From the IMG/VR virus record IMGVR_UViG_3300023218_000040, positions 1 through 64,000 of that record: a DNA stretch of 64,000 nucleotides; one strand, given 5' to 3'. Made by a program: the position numbers and the translations under genes. The first letter of the stretch is position 1. Each line of letters starts with the position of its first letter. Of the stretch, positions 1 through 7,624 are shown piece by piece. This DNA is from a virus. Its lineage: Duplodnaviria > Caudoviricetes. The notes beneath the pieces are model-generated. The model was not told where the DNA came from, ran no database searches, and saw nothing but the letters and a program-made list of their open reading frames with translations.

Positions 1-921
1 AGCTATATCCGAGGCACGCTCCCATCTTTCGTGTCCAGGCCACCGAGGAACAGAAACGAACCAGTTGTTTTCCTTAGCAATTTGAAAGAAACCGTCCCAT
101 TCTCCTTCTTTGCGGTCTGGTATTAAAACTATCTCTTTTCCGCTGACTTTCAAGAGGTTTACCTGTTTCTCAGTCATGCGGTCATTACGAACTGCTACAC
201 AGCCCAGTATCAACGCATCCAGTGGGGACTCTACCACAAACAGATATCGAGCGTCATAACTGGATATGAGATGCTGATTGAATACGTAATCTTTGGGGGC
301 TTTCTGAATGAAACGTTTGGGTCCGCTTTTCCTGAAGATGTGTCGGCCAAGGTAACCAACGATCTTGTCATTGTAGTGGATGTACGGGATCAGCATGTAA
401 TATGGTTGCTCAGGAGACCACATCAATGGCAGCTCCTTTACCAAATAGCCCAACCTTCTTTCCTTGGCTGCATACTGCATAACCTTGTTTGCAGCAGGGT
501 CTATATGAGCCACATCAAGAAGTGGCACACTGCCTTTTGGCAATCTGGCTGATGGAAATTGCCAAGATACCTCAGCTTCCTTTTCTACGAATTCAACCTC
601 TCCGCTTGAAGTGTACCTCTTGTTGTTCCACTTCATTATTTCCTTCAGCGGGATCTTACGAACGTCACCACCCAACATTTCAAAGAGCTTACGAGGGCGA
701 CCACCAAAACCTTCCTCTGGCTCCCAACCGGTTGGACGTAGGTTGAAGTCGCAACCACCGTTAAAGCAGTAATAACGGAAGCCACCCGTAGGAGTGAATT
801 TGAAACCCCCACGATAGCGACGGTCGCCACAGGCTGGACAACAAAGGTTAATCCAACCCGAGGGCGATACTCGTCGGTTGCCGGGGATTACCAGCTTGAT
901 TTCAGCGAGGATATCCGTCAT
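1..921 (-). CDS. gp61: DNA primase (T4 gp61-like), 3'-truncated by the window edge
   Basis: Not in the ORF track because no stop lies in the window. Manual translation from ATG 921: MTDILAEIKLVIPGNRRVSPSGWINLCCPACGD...FRYYCFNGGC (Zn finger), IVGYLGRHI, then Toprim FVVESPLDAL...LIPDRK...SDIA. The frame is open to base 1. Confidence 0.88.
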   Translation of the reverse strand, partial: MTDILAEIKLVIPGNRRVSPSGWINLCCPACGDRRYRGGFKFTPTGGFRYYCFNGGCDFNLRPTGWEPEEGFGGRPRKLFEMLGGDVRKIPLKEIMKWNNKRYTSSGEVEFVEKEAEVSWQFPSARLPKGSVPLLDVAHIDPAANKVMQYAAKERRLGYLVKELPLMWSPEQPYYMLIPYIHYNDKIVGYLGRHIFRKSGPKRFIQKAPKDYVFNQHLISSYDARYLFVVESPLDALILGCVAVRNDRMTEKQVNLLKVSGKEIVLIPDRKEGEWDGFFQIAKENNWFVSVPRWPGHERWERASDIA

Positions 922-942
922 TTATAAAATGTATGACGAGTA

Positions 943-1233
943 TCAATGGAAATCAACTTTCTCCCCAAAACGATAGTAGTCGTCCGTCTTCATGATTCCG
1001 CCTTTGAATTCTGGGAAGAACTCGCAAGCTCGATCATACATCCAGGACACTCCGTCGAGGTCTCCACTAACCAGGATTTGGACGTACATATTATCATCAT
1101 CCTCACTGATCTCACGAACCAGAGCATATTCCCCGTCAGCATTGGACTCGGTATCATACTCGAAGTTGTGATCTATCGGTGCCTCGCTTTTACATCTCTC
1201 GAAGAATTTCTTCATCTCGTCGTCCATGGTCAT
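943..1233 (-). CDS. Hypothetical acidic protein (96 aa)
   Basis: ORF with an ATGA overlap to the upstream gene, co-oriented in the operon. Confidence 0.7.
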   Translation of the reverse strand: MTMDDEMKKFFERCKSEAPIDHNFEYDTESNADGEYALVREISEDDDNMYVQILVSGDLDGVSWMYDRACEFFPEFKGGIMKTDDYYRFGEKVDFH

Positions 1234-1697
1234 CTCCCATCGTATGTCCGTCCCACGGTCAGGTGGTACTTGTAGAAAGTCTTGAGGCCAAGTTCGTCAC
1301 GAATTTCATCAATCCTTGGACAGTAGACATCCACGAACCAGAAGTCTCCATCTTCAGCGTACCGAGTGCCACGGTCACCGGCAAGACAAGCATTGTGAGA
1401 ATACCAGAACTCAACCTCTTCTCCCTGATACTTACCCCACAAAGAGCGGAACTCACGACGTGGAGTTTCACCACGAATGATGGATACATGGGCATCCCAA
1501 GAAGGCTGACACAGCCAGTCGTCCTTCATGGCAGTCATGCCCCAAAAACGACGGGAAACCCACCAACGATAGTAGCGGGTGATTTCACGATCCACGTTCA
1601 AAACGCACCACCACTTTGTGCGGCGTTTCATGCCACCACGCTTTGGGTCGTAAACGATTCGACCGGTAGAACGAAAGTTGTAGACAGAGGTATCCAT
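1230..1697 (-). CDS. 2H phosphoesterase-family protein
   Basis: Two HxS/T motifs (AHVSII, YHLTVG) about 73 aa apart in a 155-aa protein; SD-like AGG precedes the ATG. Confidence 0.7.
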   Translation of the reverse strand: MDTSVYNFRSTGRIVYDPKRGGMKRRTKWWCVLNVDREITRYYRWWVSRRFWGMTAMKDDWLCQPSWDAHVSIIRGETPRREFRSLWGKYQGEEVEFWYSHNACLAGDRGTRYAEDGDFWFVDVYCPRIDEIRDELGLKTFYKYHLTVGRTYDGR

Positions 1698-1706
1698 CCT
1701 GATATT

Positions 1707-1927
1707 TTACCAGGATGGAACCTCATTTTCAAGCGAGTTTAGAGAACCAGTTCGGGGTTTGGTGACGTGGTTAATTGCTAGGTCACGTCCTTGGTTGGCA
1801 ACTTTCTTTGGTATGCTGGATCTTTACCCAAGAATAATTACAGCATCAGTAAGTTCAACGCTGGTCATGGCTGTTACAACCAAGTCCACAAAGCGATCAG
1901 AACGTCAACGTCGTTGTCATACCCCAT
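1707..1927 (-). pseudogene. Degenerate, frameshifted remnant paralogous to the 1950-2693 gene
   Basis: MGYDNDVDVLIALWT matches MAYDYDTDILTGLWT at 9/15 positions. Later frames give FLGK and KVANQGRDLA, versus FLAK and QVANRARDRA in the neighbour. Confidence 0.55.
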
Positions 1928-1949
1928 TGTCGTTTCATTCGCCAATGAA

Positions 1950-2693
1950 TTATGTTAGATCGCTTTCTCTGATCTGTCCTGCGAATACCTGTAGAGCACG
2001 GTCACGTGCCCTGTTGGCAACCTGGGTTACCTTAGCCAAGAAGACACCACCGTTCAGACCACCTTTAGTCAATCCGTTTGGATTGCCCGGAGCCTGAATG
2101 GAAATACCAGCGTTGGCAATGATAAGGTCGTTAGCACCGCCGGCGGCCTGCGTGATAACAAAGCCAGCAGCAGCGGTCGCAGGAGCAACAGGCTCCTGGT
2201 AGATGCGCAGACGACGGTCTGGAGTGACCTCTGCGAAGATTCCAGCAGCAGTTAGAGCACCGTCACCGTTGATAGCAGTAACTACGTCATCGACTGTGGT
2301 ACCACCAGCAGCAACTATAGAGATAGAAGCACCACCGCTTACACCGTCAAGCTCAGCAAACTCGATATCATCGGTTGCTGTAAAGACTGCGTTAGGCTTG
2401 TTTCCTTCTACAATTACCTGCTCGTTGCGGGAAGTGCTTCCATAGACAAAACCACCGGAGCCAAAACCCTCAAGCATGGTGCTCAGGCAGAAGTGGAAAA
2501 GGCGAGCCTCGTCACGGTCTGCCAGCAACTCCATGTGGGAGCGAACTGCTTCAATGGTCGAAAGAATTCTATTCTCTGCCACGTCGTCTGTTAATGTTGG
2601 GTTTGCTGCTAGGAAAGATGCGTATGGTTCTGCACCATCTTCAGCACCAGTCCATAGACCAGTAAGAATATCTGTATCGTAATCGTAAGCCAT
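1950..2693 (-). CDS. Probable virion structural/decoration protein (Ala/Gly-rich)
   Basis: ORF track 1950-2726. Better start is ATG 2693 (GAGGA SD). A late-promoter motif lies at 2730-2736. Confidence 0.6.
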   Translation of the reverse strand: MAYDYDTDILTGLWTGAEDGAEPYASFLAANPTLTDDVAENRILSTIEAVRSHMELLADRDEARLFHFCLSTMLEGFGSGGFVYGSTSRNEQVIVEGNKPNAVFTATDDIEFAELDGVSGGASISIVAAGGTTVDDVVTAINGDGALTAAGIFAEVTPDRRLRIYQEPVAPATAAAGFVITQAAGGANDLIIANAGISIQAPGNPNGLTKGGLNGGVFLAKVTQVANRARDRALQVFAGQIRESDLT

Positions 2694-2729
2694 TGTAAGT
2701 TTCCTCGTTTCAAGGTTGGTTGGCAATTA

Positions 2730-2736
2730 TATTTAC
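2730..2736 (-). promoter_or_regulatory. T4-like late promoter motif GTAAATA
   Basis: Same motif as found before most structural genes in the window. Confidence 0.6.
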
Positions 2737-2856
2737 ACCAACAAGTGAGGAATAGTGGCTTATCGGACTCCTACTTAGAAAGGTGTGCCTCAAACACCGC
2801 AGAAGGCTTTTCCTCGTGCCCAATACGGCTTGACATTCATTTACATGTCAAATTCA

Positions 2857-3345
2857 TCAAGAAAGATATTCCTCATCGAGCGAGATCCATGTCTGGGTCC
2901 ATTCTTCCGAATTGGTGAACACTAGCGGGGACATGTGGGACGGGGGGCAGATGTTCATATCGAGGAGGAAATACATCCATACCGGCTCTTTCAACCCTTC
3001 GACATTGACTTTTCTGCGTTCATATAAATCGCCATGGTCCTCGATCATGTCCAACTGCCACAGAGCCATGCCCGAGATCCTGTAGACTTCACCAGAGATA
3101 CGAAACTCACCAGGAATGACAGCAGGAAAGAGGTTCATTATTGACACCATTTCGTACTTGCTGTCTTTGGTTCTGGTTACCGTCAGGAGTTCTGATTCTT
3201 CCAGAATAGGAGAGTTGTAGAACCCACGCTTCAGGGTGCCATACACGAAAACCAGATGTCCATTCTGGGCGTATTCGGGGCTTTCCTTTAGCTTTCGCAG
3301 CCAAGCTAGTTGGTGCATATTTTGCATTTGATTGGATTCTTCCAT
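2857..3345 (-). CDS. Gamma-glutamylcyclotransferase (GGCT/AIG2-like) fold protein, copy 1
   Basis: LVFVYGTLKRG, ISGEVYRI, LDMIED, Y.R..V, WMYF motifs. Start 3345 chosen for its GGAG SD. Confidence 0.85.
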   Translation of the reverse strand: MEESNQMQNMHQLAWLRKLKESPEYAQNGHLVFVYGTLKRGFYNSPILEESELLTVTRTKDSKYEMVSIMNLFPAVIPGEFRISGEVYRISGMALWQLDMIEDHGDLYERRKVNVEGLKEPVWMYFLLDMNICPPSHMSPLVFTNSEEWTQTWISLDEEYLS

Positions 3346-3845
3346 GCTCGATACTCCATTTTGTTGATCCATTTACCACGAGCCTGTTTCACAGCGTATT
3401 CCGTGATCTCAGGGGCTCTTGGTGTAATTGTCCATCCGGTGAAGAAATACATCCACGCCTTGTCCCCACCGACTAGAATGCGTATCCTTTTGTATGTTGT
3501 TGGGTGCCCCTCGCAGAGATCTACCATCTGTAGCATTGGACCGGTGATTTCGTACAGTTCTCCGCAGAGATAGTGATCTCCGTCTTGGGCAACAGGAACT
3601 CGGGTGTCATCCTTCTTGTGCCAAATTCCCAGGTCATATTCTGGAGTTTCAGTTTTTGCGTGACCAAGGAACTTGGTTCGACCATCTTGATGAAGACGGT
3701 TGTGGTTGATATGACCCTGTTTCATGGTTCCATAGACGAATAAAACGTGACGTGCAGCACGGCTGTAATCTGGATCGTTCACAAAGTCCCGACTGAGCAT
3801 CGCAAGCTCGTCTTCATCAAATAGTAATGTCTCGTCTATATCCAT
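3306..3845 (-). CDS. Gamma-glutamylcyclotransferase (GGCT/AIG2-like) fold protein, copy 2
   Basis: LFVYGTMKQG, LCGELYEI, VDLCEGHP, AWMYF motifs. Confidence 0.85.
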   Translation of the reverse strand: MDIDETLLFDEDELAMLSRDFVNDPDYSRAARHVLFVYGTMKQGHINHNRLHQDGRTKFLGHAKTETPEYDLGIWHKKDDTRVPVAQDGDHYLCGELYEITGPMLQMVDLCEGHPTTYKRIRILVGGDKAWMYFFTGWTITPRAPEITEYAVKQARGKWINKMEYRAWKNPIKCKICTN

Positions 3846-3870
3846 GATTTGGTCCTATAGGCTATGTGCA

Positions 3871-3899
3871 ATGGTAACATAAATACTGGTGACTGTCAA
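3871..3899 (-). promoter_or_regulatory. Sigma70-type promoter for the GGCT pair
   Basis: TTGACA-17 nt-TACCAT on the minus strand. It overlaps a plus-strand late motif (ATAAATACTGG, 3879-3889). Confidence 0.65.
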
Positions 3900-3913
3900 G
3901 GATACTGTACCAA

Positions 3914-4429
3914 ATGAGCAACAGAGTTATCTACAACGTAGAATACAACATCCCTCGGGTCAATCTGAGCCTGCCAGGACGGCAGAATCGTTCGGGTGAT
4001 GGAATCCTGAAATTAATTCCTGGAATAGATGAACCAATCGAGTTTGTATTTGGCAATCAGGATGGAGTTCCAATCAACCTCTTACCTTTCACAGACAAGG
4101 GGAAGGTCAAGATTGTATTCTGGGTAATGGAGACTCAAGAGGATTTGGAGCAGATTCCGGGGCAGCAGAAGATTATCTTCTCGAAAGAACTGATAGTAGA
4201 CCAGCCACACGTCGGTAGAATTATCTGTTTGCTCACAGCGGAAGACACCCTCCGCTTGGCAGAGGAACAGACCGGCGCAGTACGTTGGGGGTTATTTATG
4301 ATTAACGAAAATGGTGCAGTGTTTCCTGCGGAAGTTAATCGTAATCGTAAGCGCTATGGAACTGTTCAGTTAGATTTTGATTCGGGCATTCCAGTAGCTG
4401 AACTAATCAAGTCCACCAACCTGAGATAA
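3914..4429 (+). CDS. Putative virion structural protein (beta-rich)
   Basis: 171-aa ORF, first gene of the plus-strand late locus, preceded by TAAATACTGG. Confidence 0.6.
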   Translation: MSNRVIYNVEYNIPRVNLSLPGRQNRSGDGILKLIPGIDEPIEFVFGNQDGVPINLLPFTDKGKVKIVFWVMETQEDLEQIPGQQKIIFSKELIVDQPHVGRIICLLTAEDTLRLAEEQTGAVRWGLFMINENGAVFPAEVNRNRKRYGTVQLDFDSGIPVAELIKSTNLR

Positions 4430-4473
4430 GCTGGTAAATAACTAAACCGAGACTTCGACCGAGGAAAATAACA

Positions 4474-4821
4474 ATGGTAGCACGTGCTTATCCAGATCTG
4501 GGGGGCATTAACGGGGAGCAAATAAATCAAGCTACTGATTACTCTCCACGTGGACTGGACAGGGACAGCATCCAGACGTTTGTCTTCGAGTGCGATCCTC
4601 TTGATCCGCTGACTGCAATCCTGAATTTGCAGGGCTCCAACGATTTTCCTTCCAGTACAAATGCTGAAAGCATTTGGGTAGATTTGCTCACCATCGATGT
4701 TGATGCCGAGGGTGGTACCTTCTTTGTTGAAACAGATATTGAGGTAGCACGTATCAGGTTGGTTTGCAAAACCGGAAATTATACTGGCGGTAGGCTGAAG
4801 AACTGCCGCAGCATGAGGTAA
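4474..4821 (+). CDS. Putative virion protein, small beta-sandwich
   Basis: GTAAATA at 4434-4440 and GAGGA SD. Resembles the N-terminal domain of the 44985 protein (L.GSN...L.TID). Confidence 0.6.
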   Translation: MVARAYPDLGGINGEQINQATDYSPRGLDRDSIQTFVFECDPLDPLTAILNLQGSNDFPSSTNAESIWVDLLTIDVDAEGGTFFVETDIEVARIRLVCKTGNYTGGRLKNCRSMR

Positions 4822-4829
4822 CAAAAACA

Positions 4830-7187
4830 ATGACAGTATCCATTATATCCGGTATTCCAGTATATGCGGGACCAACAGACATCGTAACAAGCGTTGTCGC
4901 TCCAAACATCAACGGAGGATTTGGAACCCTTGCTATCGGTGACATTACTGGACTTCAGGCAGCACTCGATGCAAAGCTAGATGATGTTCTCGGTACGATT
5001 GGTGCACTCAACGTTGCTGCAACTGGAGCCGAACTGAATTTTCTATCTGGTGTTACTGCTAATATCCAGACTCAGCTTGATGGCAAGCTCATGCTTACCG
5101 GCGGGACATTGACCGGTGACTTGCTCTTTGATTCCGCAACTCAACTACTTATTGACTTTGGTACTACTCTGCTTCCAGGTCTAGCATTCAACGGTGACTC
5201 GGATACTGGTATCTGGTGGCCTGCCGCTAACACTATCGGATTCGCAACAGCCGGTTCTGATGTACTTCATATGCTACCAAGTGGTTTGCTTCGTGTGCAG
5301 ACGGGTGGTTACGAAGCTCTTGTTGTAGCAGATGATGACGTTCCTAACAAGAAGTACGTGGACGATGCCATTGCTGCTGCTACCAGTGGCCCATTCCTAC
5401 CACTAGCCGGTGGTGTCATGGCTGGCACCATTGACATGGAAGGAAATCTAATCATTTTGGATGCCGATGGAGACTCCACTATTGGTTCTGCTTTGGATGA
5501 TGTTCTAGAAGTCATTCTTGGTGGTGTTGTGGACCTACGTGTTGACAATACATGCCTCGATCTTGTCACCCCAAAGCCAATCAAGAATGTCACCAACCCG
5601 ACCAACCCACAGGACGCAGCTACCAAGGATTACGTCGATACTGAAATTGTCGCATTGAACTTGGGCGGAACCGGTCCGTTCTTACAGCTTTCTGGCGGAA
5701 CGATGACTGGTGCTCTGGACATGGGCACGAACCTTATCAACAACGTAATCGATCCTGCTGCTGCACAAGATGCTGCCACGAAGAACTATGTTGATACTGA
5801 AATCGTCGCATTGAACCTGGGCGGAACTGGTCCGTTCTTACAGCTTTCTGGCGGAACGATGACTGGCGCTATTGATTTGGGTGGATTTGCAATTACCAAT
5901 CTTCTGGATCCTGTGAACCCACAGGATGCTGTAACAAGAGCATTTGCGGATGCTACCTACATCAGCACCACGGGACCGGCTGGTCCTCTTGGTGGTGACC
6001 TTGATGCCGGTGGGTTCAAGATCGTCAACCTTGCAAACCCAACGAATCCGCAAGATGCTGCTACCAAGGACTACGTTGATAGTAACTTCTTGAATCTAGA
6101 TGGCTCCAGCGCAATGACTGGTGACATTGATGTAGGTGGAAATCTAATCACTAACCTTGCCGCTGCTACTGCAAACGATGAGGCTGTAATTCTTGGTCAG
6201 GCTAATTCTCTATATTTCCGCTTGGATGGATCTAGCGCAATGTTGGCTAATGCTAACATTGGCGGATTCAAGCTGGAGAACGTTGCTAACCCAACTGCTA
6301 ATCAAGATGCAGTTACACTGGCTCACGCAGACTCAAACTACCTGCGTGCTGACGGCACCACGGCTGCTACCGGTAACTTGAACCTAGCAACCAATCGTAT
6401 CATCAACCTTGGAAACCCTTCTGTTGCTCAGGATGCAGCAACCAAGAATTACGTTGACACCGAGATCACATCTTTGAACCTTGGCGGATCTGGTCCGTTC
6501 CTACAGCTTGCTGGTGGAACCATGGTTGGTGACATCACCATGGATAGCAACACTCAGGTTCTTGCTGATGATGGTAATTCTGCTGCTCCAGGATATGCTT
6601 TTGACTCTAGTCCTTCGACTGGTATGCTATGGGATGGCATCAATATTCAGTTGTCGCTTGCTTCTTCCCCAGCATTGACTATTGCTCCATCGTCCGGTGC
6701 TAACGAGATTGATGTTCATGGTAGAAAAGTAACCGGTGCTGACGATCCTACTGATCCAAGCGATCTTGTTACCAAGAATTTCTTGGATAACGCAGCATTC
6801 GTTAAGGTTCTGGCTCGTGTGCCCGGTGTTGACCTTATGGTGACAGGAACGACCTCATTATTCACTGTTCCAGTAGCGACCATGAATATCATTACTCAAA
6901 TCATCTTTCGTACAACTTCCTATGTTCCTGGTCCTACTCCAACCAATCCAGAAATCTCTGTTGGAACAAGCGGTCCAAACTACAACAACATCGTGGTCGA
7001 TAACACAGTATTGGATTGGGGTGGAACCGCTGGTGCTGGAGACCAAGCGGTACATGTGGCACCTAAGAACGGTGCTGAAACACCAAACGCTGGCTCCGAA
7101 GTCAAACTTCAGGTAGATACAGCGGGTGGCGGTTCGTTCTCGTCACTGGTAGTAGAGGTAATCGTACTAGGAATCGAATTGCAATGA
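4830..7187 (+). CDS. Tail/head fibre-like structural protein with (N/D)PxxxQDAATKxYVD repeats
   Basis: 785 aa; several DAATKxYVD and FLxLxGGTMxG repeats, plus PxxxFxGDxDTG and DDxPNKKYVD modules. Confidence 0.8.
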   Translation: MTVSIISGIPVYAGPTDIVTSVVAPNINGGFGTLAIGDITGLQAALDAKLDDVLGTIGALNVAATGAELNFLSGVTANIQTQLDGKLMLTGGTLTGDLLFDSATQLLIDFGTTLLPGLAFNGDSDTGIWWPAANTIGFATAGSDVLHMLPSGLLRVQTGGYEALVVADDDVPNKKYVDDAIAAATSGPFLPLAGGVMAGTIDMEGNLIILDADGDSTIGSALDDVLEVILGGVVDLRVDNTCLDLVTPKPIKNVTNPTNPQDAATKDYVDTEIVALNLGGTGPFLQLSGGTMTGALDMGTNLINNVIDPAAAQDAATKNYVDTEIVALNLGGTGPFLQLSGGTMTGAIDLGGFAITNLLDPVNPQDAVTRAFADATYISTTGPAGPLGGDLDAGGFKIVNLANPTNPQDAATKDYVDSNFLNLDGSSAMTGDIDVGGNLITNLAAATANDEAVILGQANSLYFRLDGSSAMLANANIGGFKLENVANPTANQDAVTLAHADSNYLRADGTTAATGNLNLATNRIINLGNPSVAQDAATKNYVDTEITSLNLGGSGPFLQLAGGTMVGDITMDSNTQVLADDGNSAAPGYAFDSSPSTGMLWDGINIQLSLASSPALTIAPSSGANEIDVHGRKVTGADDPTDPSDLVTKNFLDNAAFVKVLARVPGVDLMVTGTTSLFTVPVATMNIITQIIFRTTSYVPGPTPTNPEISVGTSGPNYNNIVVDNTVLDWGGTAGAGDQAVHVAPKNGAETPNAGSEVKLQVDTAGGGSFSSLVVEVIVLGIELQ
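5620..5872 (+). repeat. Intragenic tandem duplication (about 95-bp near-identical units, 156-bp period; third copy near 6440-6530)
   Basis: gatactgaaat(t/c)gtcgcattgaac(t/c)tgggcggaac(c/t)ggtccgttcttacagctttctggcggaacgatgactgg occurs twice, with differences mainly at synonymous sites. Confidence 0.85.
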
Positions 7188-7588
7188 TTGATGAAGAAAC
7201 CCGAATGAATATTGAAGAAACTCGTGCGAAACATGAGTTTCTTACTTTCCTAATTATGGAAAGCGGTGAAGTCAAGGTAGGCATCATCCAGAACGAAAAC
7301 ATGAAGATGGTCATGTTATATGACTTTGAAAAGATTCGGGGTAAAATAAAACGCAAGCAATTCCTCGAATATGGCGATGAGTGGTGGTGGGGTAGTAATC
7401 AGTCCGTGCCAGTGGATTCGTTTATCGGGGATGATTTTGATTGCTATCATCCCGCCTTGACAGGCTATCCCAAAAAATCCATCTGCCAAGTCATTGGCCC
7501 CTCTTTCTCCATACAAGAACAATATCTCAAGCGCATCAAGAAAAAGAAAATCGAAATCATCAATCGTCCTGTTGCCTCCACAGCCTAA
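7184..7588 (+). CDS. Conserved-looking phage hypothetical protein (WWWGSN motif)
   Basis: 134 aa; ATGA overlap with the fibre gene. Confidence 0.7.
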   Translation: MIDEETRMNIEETRAKHEFLTFLIMESGEVKVGIIQNENMKMVMLYDFEKIRGKIKRKQFLEYGDEWWWGSNQSVPVDSFIGDDFDCYHPALTGYPKKSICQVIGPSFSIQEQYLKRIKKKKIEIINRPVASTA

Positions 7589-7624
7589 ATACTTGGGTAT
7601 CTAAACCCATTATGAGACAGTCGG

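Noticed and set aside
5620-6530. Diversity-generating retroelement template/variable repeat pair
   Set aside because: No reverse transcriptase in the window, the repeats are in-frame protein modules, and differences are synonymous rather than adenine-specific.
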